Shown piece after piece: positions 52,521 to 64,000 of a stretch of 64,000 nt of DNA (the stretch's first letter is position 1; every line of letters begins with the position of its first letter). The stretch spans positions 104,532,001 through 104,596,000 of the forward strand of contig JBITNC010000001.1 of NCBI GenBank assembly GCA_050084985.1. Direction: 5' to 3'. The DNA comes from Nageia nagi (Eukaryota; Plantae; Pinophyta). Under the pieces are notes generated by a model that did no database searches, was not told where the DNA came from, and saw nothing but the letters and a program-made list of their open reading frames with translations. The position numbers were made by a program, and so were the translations under genes.

Positions 52521-55500
52521 TCATATTCTATCATATCCTTCATTTTATTTCATTATACTAATATACTTTTTGTTAGTTGTTATTTTGAGAGTTATTGGTG
52601 AGCTTTTTTTTTGTAAAATATGGAGAAAAGTTTTTGCAAATTTTTAACAACAAAAAAGGAAGGAAAAAGGGGTTATTTTTAAGTGCAAGGTTTTTTTTAA
52701 GGCATAAAAAAGTTTAAATAGTTTTGCAAATATTTTTTTATAAATTATTTTTGTAAAGATTGTAAATATGCTTACTTTATTAAAAATTAATACAAAAATT
52801 TTAAAACAATAGTAGGGGAGGCAATGTTTATTTTATGTGAGCTTTATTAAAATAAAATTTGTATTTTTTTTACTATTGATGTTATTATCATCTTGAGAAA
52901 TAAAAAATACAGAAATGAATAGGCCATACAATCATCTCCACCTTTGTAATTTACAATGTATTGGAAATGGCCTGGTAGATACTTCCAATATTAGCCATTT
53001 CTCCCACCACCATCGTTGCACTTTCCTCCTCTAGTTCTAGATTCTAGAGAATATAAATGAGGATTTGAAGGCATGTTTAACCATGCACTCCCTCATCGTA
53101 TTTCACTAACCCCATGTTATGCAGACCTCTTATCCCTGCTCTATTTACTTTTGGCTCACATGTGATTCATCCACCATTACTAATAACAACTCTTTGGATG
53201 GAAATATACCCTTCTCCTTGCAAAAAAAATCACTTTGAAGGGATGTTTTGAGTTTGATCCCTACAATACAAGAATCATGGTACCTATTTCAACTGTATCA
53301 TCTCATATGGTCACACTTGCACAGATGGATTCTTGTATCAATTCCTAATAGTTATGGATGTAGCAACCTTAACCTTTGTATTTCCTCTCTATTTTTTGTT
53401 CATCATGTTTGACCTAATCTTTTTTGAATGGTGTGGTACCTTAGTTACACTCTCATATCTCCATTGAGTTGGGTTATTGAAGCATCCTTTGCGTAGATAA
53501 AATTGGGGGAAATATGCTTTTTGTGGGGGTCACAACACCCCTTAGGGGTCCCATGCACCCTTCAAGGAACACATGCTCTCTGAGGGATTTGTGCCCTAAA
53601 TTTCTTAAGACCTACTTTGCCAATACCCTTCCAAGGAAATGTCCTCCATATGCTTAGAAATTATTTTTCCCTTTGTATTTCTTGTTTGGAAAGATAGGCT
53701 TATTAATTTATGTCATAAGGTATGGCTCCCTCCCCATGAATTGATGGTGTCTTATAATCTTGAGGAGACCTTGCATCCCCTCCCCCATTCCTCCATTCAA
53801 TTCTCACAAGCTTAGTACATAGGGGCTATAAAAATTTATTTGTTTAGTTAATATTTTTCTAACATTATCCTTGGGGTAAATCATTATACTTCAAAATAAT
53901 AATTATATATTATTATTTGGAAAAATTTAAAAATAGATAATTTCAACTCAATTCTCATTGGTGGGGGAACCTGATGTTGGAACCTCAACGTCGTCTCCTA
54001 CCTATATGCATAAATAGGAGGAAAACCTATATTCCATAGGAATTCAACAACAATGGCAGAGAAACATGATTATTATTTCTCATTTCATATCTTGAAGAAG
54101 ATGCAAAACCATTTTAGTCGTGGCCACCATGGATAAACATTGAGGTGCTAGAGCGATATAAGGTGATTACACTCACTTTTCTTTCCTTTGTCATCTACAA
54201 TATGGATAATGTAAATATGAGTGTTGCAATTATTCGTTTATCACATCAGCTATGATGGAATGCAAATAATGTGCGATGTGATTGATGCATGAAGTTTTGC
54301 TACCTCTTGGAATAGCCTTAATGGCCTTGAAGTTAAGTCAATGAATACTATCAATGATTTATTAGCATGTGTGACTCTCTTTTTTATTGGATGCATCATT
54401 ATACATGTCGTGTTTGACCTTTCTTGTTTGTGCATTCTACATAAGGATCCCCTTATAATTAGAATTTTAATATTAACATGACTTTCACTTATTATTATTA
54501 ATATTAAAATATTAATCAAAATATGGAGTATAACCTTAATATTATTAATATTAAAGTTATTAATACTTAATATTAAAATTATTATTAATATTAAGGTAAT
54601 TTTGTTTGGAATGTTGAAGAGGGCCTAATGGTTTTCCTTTTTGTATTAAAAATAGAATTTATTCTTAAATTCTATGATAATTTTAAGAGGAAGAGACATT
54701 TTTTTATCTTTGGGAGTTTCTTAATACTATGGTGGAGTATTTAAAAAAAAAAGGATATATATTTTATTTTTGCCACTCTTCCATGGTGGGAAGTTAATTC
54801 TTTTCTTAATTAATTAATTCCATGATTAATATCATATGTTTGGATTAATGTCTTCTATGGATTAATTCCCTAGACCTCCTTTGCTTCCATGTTCGGAAGA
54901 CTAATCCTTATAATAGGATCAATGCCATTTGCCACTTCGATACAAGAAGAATTCTTGCTCGAGGATTGATAGCACTTTTCTTGTGAGTTATTACTATGGC
55001 TTATTTCTTATAATTCTTGATTTGGCAAGATCAAGTTTAGCATTTTTTATGTGGTGTGTTAATCTAGTCAACAATTATGTGGCATGTTGCTTATTGTTAC
55101 GCATATATTTTTTAATACACTTAACTAAGATAAATTTGTAAAGCTTAGTAATATGCCATAATTGTTAATGAAGTTTCTCCTCTCATTTATGATTTATGAT
55201 ACCTTATTTTGAGCATTTAATATTTTTTTTTTAAATTGCATTAGTGATTCATCTATGATACATTAAATCTTCTATAATGCATTGATTATATATGAGCTAA
55301 TGGTAACTAGCAGATTACATACTTTAAAGATATATTAGCTTACTAAAGAGAATCTGTATGTTTTAGGAGGAGAATTATTAACTTCAATAATAAATCATTA
55401 AAAAAAAAATTAAACATTATCACATAAACCCTAATCATTTGAATTGTTGAACTTTTCGTCAAGAAGGATTGAAGTATGAATACTTATCATGACTATTTAA

Positions 55501-56049
55501 TCCTTAGGAGGGATGTTGTATGGTTTATACAAAATGTGATTATAAGTATTGCCTTAGCATCTTTGTGCACTACTTATTTTGCCACATTATTTTTTCCATG
55601 TTGGAAAGATTTTATCCATGTTAATGGATTATTTTCCACATTGTTACTTCCATATTGGGAAGTTATATTGGAGTGGTTAAAAAGGTTCACTCTTCTTCAA
55701 AATTACAATTTTTGATCAAATTTAAATTTATATTATTATATTAATGCTACCTTATTCCATCATATGCATTTTGACTAGTAGCATGGTCAAGTTGACATTT
55801 TGTAGTTTGTGCATATTGACTAATGGTATAGTCAAGTTTACATAATATGGCTTGTTTCTCATCTATGCTATAGTGTTATTGAAGGAGAACTTAAACATCC
55901 AAATCAATATGTTTGTAAATAGATAAGAACTTATCCATCTTTGATATATAGCTTATGCATTACCTGTAATTATTATTGATTAAGTTGTTATTTGATATTT
56001 TGTGGCATGATTAAGGTAACATGGTATGTAATGACCCCATTACACCTAC

Positions 56050-56450
56050 AATTTTGAATGCTTTCTTAAATTTTGAAATGACCAACTCAACTTCATTATG
56101 ATTCAATTATCTTTGAAGAATTTGAATGAGTAAGATTTTGAGATGACTAATAATACCTTATTATATACAATAGTTATGCCAAATTGATGTTGGCTTCAAG
56201 ATTTTTGTGACACAAGTTACGTGTTGAATTAATCAGAATATTAGGATGGAGATCCTAAGGAACCAAGATGAGTGGTTATGAGAATGGATCGTTAAGAGTG
56301 AGGAAATGATTGGCATTAAATTGTTAATAGATTCATAAGGACCTTCTTAGATCATATAGCTACATAGCACAATTTTTTAGTATGATATTCAATTTATGAT
56401 GAGTGTGATGCTCGTGTGTGGTGCACTAACAAAAATTACCTTGCAAGATG
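56050..56450 (+). mobile_element. Very decayed copia RT/RH remnant
   Basis: Only traces remain (DFEMT, Q-YAKLML-RF). Confidence 0.25.
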
Positions 56451-57419
56451 GGTGGTCCCCATAGGTAAATATGTGTGTGTTAAAAATGAGATATGCATGA
56501 TGGAATTTGCTTAATAAACTATTTGGTTATTTTCAAATAATGCAAGCAATATTCCAACCATTTGAATTTGAATTTTTACCAATGAATTTTAGTTTTTACA
56601 ATAATAAATTTAGGAGAAAAAAATAAAAATTTAGGGTTAAAGGATTTTTTGTGATCTTATGGAGGTTATAAGGCTATTTTGTTGCTTTGCAAAAATAATT
56701 GAGAAAATCACCTCACACAATTTGTTTTCTTTTGTTAGATGTAAAATGATTGATAAAATCTTTTGTTTTCTAATGTTAGGTGTGAAAATATTTTTTAAGG
56801 GAATAGAAAGTTATAAACAAAATTTTCTAAACCCTTTCAAAAGAAAAAAAACCCTACACTTTATGTATAAAGTAGATGAGTTGGATAAATAGTTATTTGT
56901 TTGGATGGATTAGACTACCCTTTAATTATAAATATTTGGATAAACCTAAGGCAAATACAACATACCTATCTCTCTTCCATATTGGATTTGGGTCCTATGA
57001 TAAGGAGTCCTTTATCCTCAATAATCCAATTTGAACATCTAGGTGCTTTTTCTTGATTTTAGCATTTAGTTACTAAAATATTATATTAAGCATTTGATAT
57101 CAATCCTTAGATGCTATATTATTGGTCTAATTATTAAAGGGTGATCTTAGTTTCCATCTTATAACATTATTTATTTTAGTGAAAAGTAGCATGTGACTAT
57201 GTAAGTACAAATTTATCTTATGATTTCCATATTTTTCTTGATGTAAATAAAAAGGGTACTTTATTATTATTATTATTATTCACATTGAATTAATACATGT
57301 GAAATTTCTAGTATTTTTCATTGGATACCTTGATGTGTGACTTTATTTTATAAACTACATATACATAGTTTGATAATAGAATGTATATTTTATATACATA
57401 TAGCTAGAGGAGGGATATT

Positions 57420-58700
57420 ACTAGGACAAACTTGTGCAAAATTTTCAAAAAAAACTTACAAGATGGAAGTAAAAAGTTCTTAGTTATGTAGGTAAATTAA
57501 TCCTCATTAACATAATTCTACAAAGTATCCCTATTTATAGTGTTATGACATTCAAAATTCCAATAACCATTTGTGATAAGATTGATCAAATCTGTAGTAG
57601 ATTTCTTTGGTCCAGGGAAGCCAAGAAATGAAAGATGACTCTTTTGGCATGAAACTCAATTTGTATAGGAAAAAAAGATAGCAGGATTAGGCTTGAGAAA
57701 AATGAAGTAGGTTAGCCAATCTTTGAGAGGTAAGTTGGTGGGAAAAATAGCACAAAGTGAGAAAAGAGAATGGATACAAATATGCAAAGAAAAATACATG
57801 ATGGGTTAAGATATCATCCTTAGAATTTAAAATCCTTCTTATGGATCCCTCTTCTGTAATGGTCTTATTTCAGGTAGATCCATTATTAAGAATGATATTA
57901 AATGGATACCAAGGGATGGGAAGTAGGTTTATGTGTGGAAGATGCTTGGATGAAAGAGAAACCACTCATTCAGATGAAGAACTATAAATAAGGAGCTAAG
58001 TGGGCCTTACAAAACCAAGGGGATATAATAGAAAAATACTATGATAAAGACATAAAAATATGGATAGTAAATATGCCTACTTAAGGGAGGATTGTAAACC
58101 AACTAAAAGCTTTATAAATGGAGTTGAATGAATCCAACTTTATTCTGAACACTAAGAGAGGAAAACCAATCTAGAAGAACAAGCCAAATGGTCAATATAG
58201 TATCAGAGAGGCACTAAGATCTTTGACAAGAAGCTATGAAATCGAAGAGGAGATAGCAATATGGAAAAAAAATTGGAAATCAAAAATTAAACCAAAGATA
58301 ACTTTCTTTATATGGTTTATAGTTAAAAATAGGTTGATTATCATAAATAATTTGAAGAAGAGAGGAATTAGCTTAACCAAAAAATGTGTTCTTTATTAGA
58401 AAGAGGAAGAAGATATAGCTCATATATTTCTCAAATTTGATTATTCTAAAAGAATATGGGACATTCTATGTCAAAAAATGAGAATTCAATGGGTTTCCCA
58501 AATGAAATAAAGAATTGCCTTATTCAGTGATCTTTGAGTAAGAGTGTAAAAGAGGTTGATAATTGATGGCTTATGGTGATAGGCCACATGTGGTGACAAA
58601 TTTGGAAATAAAGGAACAAAATAATATTTGAAACCAAATAAATGAATCAAATGATGTTTTTAAGATAGCCATACATAGAGTTTTCAAAAATATTAAGCTA
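57420..58700 (+). mobile_element. 5'-truncated L1-like LINE ORF2 C-terminal part (post-RT region, zf-RVT)
   Basis: DKLVQNFQKKLTRWK*KVLSYVGKLILIN...IPIY (~57425); WKSKIKPKITFFIW...NLKKRGI...KCVL...EEEDIAHIF (~58270-58430); QIWK*RNKIIF (~58600). Confidence 0.85.
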
Positions 58701-59076
58701 GTTTATGAAATCCAAAAATTACCAATGGCTATTATTTCCCTATTTAATCATGATGAAGAAATACATTCCAATTATTAAGGTTAGGGTTGGGGGAAGAATT
58801 ATAAGGTTCATAACTCATTTGAATGATGGTATAGAGTGGAATCAAGTTGGGGATTTTATTTATGATGGTGATTGAAAATGTAAGTGGATAGTTCTCAACA
58901 CTTATGTGATTAGAATCAAAATTCCAAAGTGGGGTGATGATTATCAAATATGGTACGATGTATGTTAAATGAATATCAGTGCCATGCTAAGTAATTACAA
59001 AATATAATGCATGCAAACCTTTCATATCAAAAGAACCACCATTACCAAGATGAGAAAGCAAACTAAGGTGGTGAAC

Positions 59077-59678
59077 ATGGGATGGGCATTATTTTTCATA
59101 GAGTAGAATGATCCTACCAAAGTAAAGAAGGACCCATATATTTGGATGATTCTGTGTAGAGGGGAGATGAATCATTTTATTGAAGCATGTCAAGGATCAG
59201 ATAGAAGATTAGCAGACTAGATTGTTCATACTTGGGAGGATGGAGTTTACAAAATTCATGGAAGGGAAGTTGTGTTCACTACTAAATAATATTGCAAAAG
59301 CCAATATTCTTCCCAATAGAGGTAAGGAGATTAGACATGATTCTAAAGTGAGCAAGTCAAAAGAAATGAGGAAATTTGAGGCAGGTGGTTTTGAGCTCAA
59401 GCCCTATCAAATAGGGTACTATCAAAGTAGTATACCCTATCCATGGCATAAAGTTTGTAAGTTTATTATGAAATATACCACCTTAGATGGTAAGCATATG
59501 GAAGTCTTTGGTACCCATCCTTAATCACTTTCCTTATTCGAGAGATCATGTAAATTTGGTGCAATTTATTCAATTTTTGATGGGGATGTCAATGGAAAAA
59601 TGCAAAACCAACCCTAATTATGTTCCCTTGCATCAGTTCATTATGATTTTGGTATACCAATATCAATTAGCTCAATAG
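59077..59678 (+). pseudogene. Disrupted ~200-codon uncharacterised TE-associated ORF downstream of the LINE
   Basis: From ATG 59077, with 2 stops and 2 frameshifts: ...GEMNHFIEACQGSD...TWEDGVYKIHGREVVF/IAKANILPNRG...PYPWHKVCKFIMKYTTLDG/PILNHF...PLHQ. Homologous to 8990-9640. Confidence 0.65.
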
Positions 59679-60918
59679 ACCCAAAATCAACCTCAAGCCC
59701 ACAATGAAGCCCTAAAAAAATAATCTCGATAAAATTATCAAAGGGAAGTTAGAAATTGGCAAAGGCAAAATAGAGAAATAAATGTTGAGGAGAATGTTGA
59801 TGATTTTGATCCCAATCAATAAACAAGACATGAGATAAACAAATATAGAAGGAAAGAATTAAGTTAGATAAATGCAAGGGCTAATGAAGAGGAGAATGGT
59901 AATCATTCTCTAAATTAAATTAAAGAGGATGAGGAAACTCCAATTCATTTTATATGCCTTCAACATAGAAGGCCAAACCCTAAAATTATCCATGAAGAAG
60001 GGGGAGAGAACAAAGAGTTACAAGATAATGTGGAGAAGACAAGACAAAACTAGTAGGAATTTATGTAACCTCAAAATGAAGCACAAGAAGCTTACACATA
60101 CATCTAGGGAAGAACTTACTCCATATCAGCAATGGATAAAGGAAAAAGTAAGTTGTTCCTTGATTTTAAGTCTAATTTAAGGCCCTCTAGTCCATTTCAA
60201 ATTATTGATAATCATATTAGGGAGAATGGGGAGTCTAGTAACTTGGTAAACACTAGCACTAGTCTTGACCTTCCTTTTCAAAGTGACCCTCCTTCTTAGA
60301 GTCATACCCATTCAAAAAACCCTCCTTATCAAAGTGAAACTATTCATAATGTTTCCAAAGAAAAGACCATAAGCTACTCTAGGCATATTAGAAGGAAAGG
60401 TTCCTTTGATGCTACTTTGACGAAAGAGTCTAATGAAGATAAAACTTCTAGGCAAGAAGACCAACAATAAACCACTAAGCAGGGAGTGTCCACTTCCCCT
60501 AAAGATCCTATTATAAATAGTCATATTTCTCATACTACCATAATTTCAAACTCATCCACTTGCCTTGAAACTTTAGATAATTATCCCTAGGAGGAGAACC
60601 ACCAGTCTAATCTTAAAACCCATAGAAAACTCAAGATTCAAGCCATCAAAATGTTGGATAATATTCATCTTCATAATGGAATGTTAGCTGAAGTTGAAAG
60701 GTTCCAAGGTAATCCAAGTGTCCTTTTTGAATCTCTCTTGGTTTACCAATGCATGTAAGGTATGAAGTCTCAGAAAAAATAATTGCTCCATAAGAGAACG
60801 ATGTGGAAGAAGATCTACTATAAGTTTTATAAACATAATTACAAGAATCTCATAATGTAGATTGATGATAACCCTTATCATCCCTACAAGAGGAGAGATT
60901 GGGTGTATTGGAACCAAT

Positions 60919-61257
60919 TGTTAAAAATAATTAGAGAAACCATACAACCATATTTCAATACAGGGATATATTCATGGAAAAACCTTTGTAGAGGGTAAAA
61001 CCTAATAATAGTGGTAATTATTGTTGTAGTATAATAAGCAAAATGTAAGCAAGGAGGTATATAATATAAAGGAATTTACAATATATTGTAGGATTAAACA
61101 ATAGGTAGTTCTTTGTTGAGATATCTTATAAAGCAAAACCAGCAAAATAGGCTAAGGCTCACCTAAACATAGAGCTACATTTTACTTCCCCATAAAATTT
61201 TGCTACTATGTAGCATATTATGTTTTTTTGTATTTTCTATACCATATTTAATCTACA
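60919..61257 (-). mobile_element. Probable copia solo LTR, minus orientation
   Basis: The minus strand carries GGTTTTACCCTCTACAAAGGTTTTTCCATG, a common copia U5-type motif, with possible TG/CA ends. No TSD seen. Confidence 0.4.
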
Positions 61258-61799
61258 AAATGTTTACCTTGGTTGGTACTTCACTCTTTTTATTTATGAA
61301 TGGGATAAAGCTATATAAGATTGTTATTACCCAATTATAAAAGGTGTCTAAGATCCTTCTAAAACTTAATTTTTTTATTAATATCAAATTTAGCTATAGG
61401 TTTTTAATAAAAAAAATAGTTGGAGTAGGGGTGAATAATAAATAAAATACAAATTTTGTTGTCTTGATTAGAAAAGAGGATGCACATTTGAACAAGTATG
61501 GGAGAGGCCATTCAAACATTATGTGTTGTCCAAATCAAGAACCCCCTCCCTTAAACTTTGTAGACTAGTCATTGGACTTCTTAGATGTTGTGTGAATACT
61601 TCTACTACATCATATCGAGTTAGGTAGTGATTAATTCGAATAGGCATGGGTATTCTTTTATTTATTTTTTTGAAGCTATGGTGCTCCTAAATTCTATGAT
61701 ATTTCCTCACAAACCTTTATTATCTTGCATGGGTGAGTTCTTTGGTTTAACACATCATATACCTTTACAACATGTCCATTTGGTATATATAGCATCCAT

Positions 61800-62780
61800 T
61801 GTACCCTTGAGACTACATTTTGATGAGGGATTCTATCCAATACTTCATATACCCTTTTAATACATCTAATTTTTTGCATTTCTTATGAATGTAGTGAAGC
61901 ATTTTGATGTGGTATTTTTTTTTCCCAAGTCCTTCAATGTATCCATTTTGGGCATTCTCTACATCTACATTCAATGAGACTATTCATAAGAAATCCATCA
62001 TACCCATTTGGGTATTTCTTGTCATCATTTCATTCTTTGAGACTACATTCAATGAGAAAATTTTTCAATCTAGTAATAGGCCCTTAAACATACCTTCTTG
62101 AAACTTTTTTAGCAACCCATGAGATTGTATTTGGCCATTCCAATGAACTCTTCTTGGCCCATCGTATGATTCTTATGACCCATTAAATTTCTAATTCAAT
62201 GAGGTGTTTAACTCAAACCCATTCATAGTACCTAACAACACATTAGCACTATCATATTGCACCCAAGAAGGCTACATTTTGATGAGATAATTACATATCC
62301 CCTCCTAAGCATGTATATATATATCATGTGATCTATTGCTACTTGTGAGGCTACATTTGTATGAACCATTTTCTGACCCATATATCATAATTTTTTATGT
62401 ATATCTAGAATCCAAGATTGATATTTATTAAGGCACTTTCCCTATAAATTTTAGGTCATTATGATGTGCATTTATGCACTCGTTAACCCTTGAGATCCCA
62501 TTTTGATGAAGTAATTTACAGACCATATCCCTTTGGTGTAGATCTTGTAATTATTGTGATCCATGATGTCACATATATAAGGGGAATTTTATCAAAAAAT
62601 TCATAGGGATTATAAAGTATCCATTTGGGGCAGATCCTACTATCATTTTATACCATGAGACTATGTCTTAAAAAGATGTTTTGTCAAATGATTCATAGGC
62701 CTTCCTAATGCATGTTCTTTTTGGGCATATCATATAGTAATTTTGGTTTGTGAAACTGCATATTGGTGAATAAATATGTC
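61800..62780. repeat. Degenerate array with GAGACTACATT(T/C)..TGAG core
   Basis: Core variants at ~61810, 61962, 62039, 62121, 62269, 62347, 62492, 62657 and 62751; spacing ~75-95 bp or multiples. Confidence 0.5.
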
Positions 62781-64000
62781 AAAAAAATCATATTTCCTTA
62801 CAATATACTCATTATGTGCATAAATCACTCATGATAGTACATTTCTATAAGGCATTTTGTTAATCAATTCATAAGTCCCTCTAATGTAACCATTTGGGAG
62901 ACAAATGTGACCCATGTGATGGTATTTCAATTAGACATTTGGGTAAACAATTCATAATTCATGCCAAGATGACCCATCAAGGTTTGAAAAGTGTCTTCAA
63001 TTAAATTTAGCTAAGAGAAAACAAACTCTTTCATAATTACCTCACTCATGTTATAACTAGTTTTGTGAACTAATTAACTAGTTTATCCATGGTATGTAAA
63101 GATGGAAAGGTTAATTTTATAAGACTAACTAAATATTGAATAGTATTAAAATCATGAAGATATTTAAGATTGAATGGAATAAATTTTCAAATTTGAGCTT
63201 GGAATATATTAAGAAATTTAGTAAAATATTTTGAGCATTATGTTATTAAAACCATGATATTCAATTGGCTTGAAGCTTAATAATTTACACCTCCAAAATT
63301 AATATAGATTTTGATGGAATTTCTCAATAAAGGTATGATGATGCATGTTAAATGCCTTGAATGTTATGGGTCCCTTCACAATGCCCTATTTTTGATAAAA
63401 TTTTCCTTTTTGATCAAGGAAGGAAGGTAGCTTTAATAAAGGCATAAAACCTCCTGAGATCATAAATAGAGTATAATATAAGTAAGTGGTGTATGAATTT
63501 GATTGATATATGATGCATGTATAATATAATACATTATGATCATTAGAAGAGTTTTCCTGATCCTTACATGCTCCAAAACCTTTCTTAGTACTCAATACCA
63601 TTTCCTCTTGGAACCTTGGGATGATCGTGTACAAAAGATAGCATGAAGACACATCGGATGAAGATAAAGACTCTTATTACCATGAAAATCTTTAGATTTA
63701 AATTGTACAATTGATGTATTTGTTAAATTAATTTTAAAACCATTATCTCAATGTACTCATGATATAAGAGAAAATTCAATTTAATCAAGTATCAAAAATC
63801 AAAAGTGGTCAATATATCATGACAAGTCACACTAAGTATGGTTTAATTCAAACCAATGTTTATATTTTTTCCTAAAATTATAATTCAAGGATTACAATAT
63901 CTTCATTTTTATAGAGGTTTTTGACTTAGAGAATGTTCTCTAGACTATTGAAATCATGGGTTGTGTTCATATCTTTCATATAATAAGAATCAAACTTAAC

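Noticed and set aside
61800-62780. CRISPR-like repeat/spacer appearance
   Set aside because: Eukaryotic TE context, degenerate repeats, irregular and related spacers, no cas genes.
293-63652. Remaining short ORFs in the six-frame track
   Set aside because: Low-complexity I/L/F/K/Y-rich translations of AT-rich DNA or antisense frames of TE remnants; many start at non-ATG codons.

Overview
AT-rich, strongly CpG/CHG-depleted plant nuclear DNA. The repeat types and degree of decay suggest a large-genome seed plant such as a gymnosperm, but the species cannot be determined. Most of the window is decayed, nested transposons: several Ty1/copia elements (one family appears as a solo LTR, a near-complete element and a split LTR), a gag-only Ty3/gypsy element, a TRIM, L1-like LINE fragments, tRNA-type SINEs and two inverted-repeat elements. 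One credible host gene is present, an intronless IDA-LIKE secreted peptide precursor (12156-12434, minus strand). Its peptide ends in R-K-A-N rather than the canonical R/K-H-N, and it sits in a CpG-retaining island carrying ARF and G-box motifs. Two more CpG-retaining islands (~9.0-9.8 kb and ~36.0-37.1 kb) are candidate distal regulatory or transcribed regions. An uncharacterised ORF family occurs at ~59.1-59.7 kb (just 3' of a LINE ORF2) and at ~9.3-9.6 kb, and a piece of it is captured inside a copia element at ~5 kb. All coordinates and alignments were done by eye; boundaries of decayed elements are approximate.
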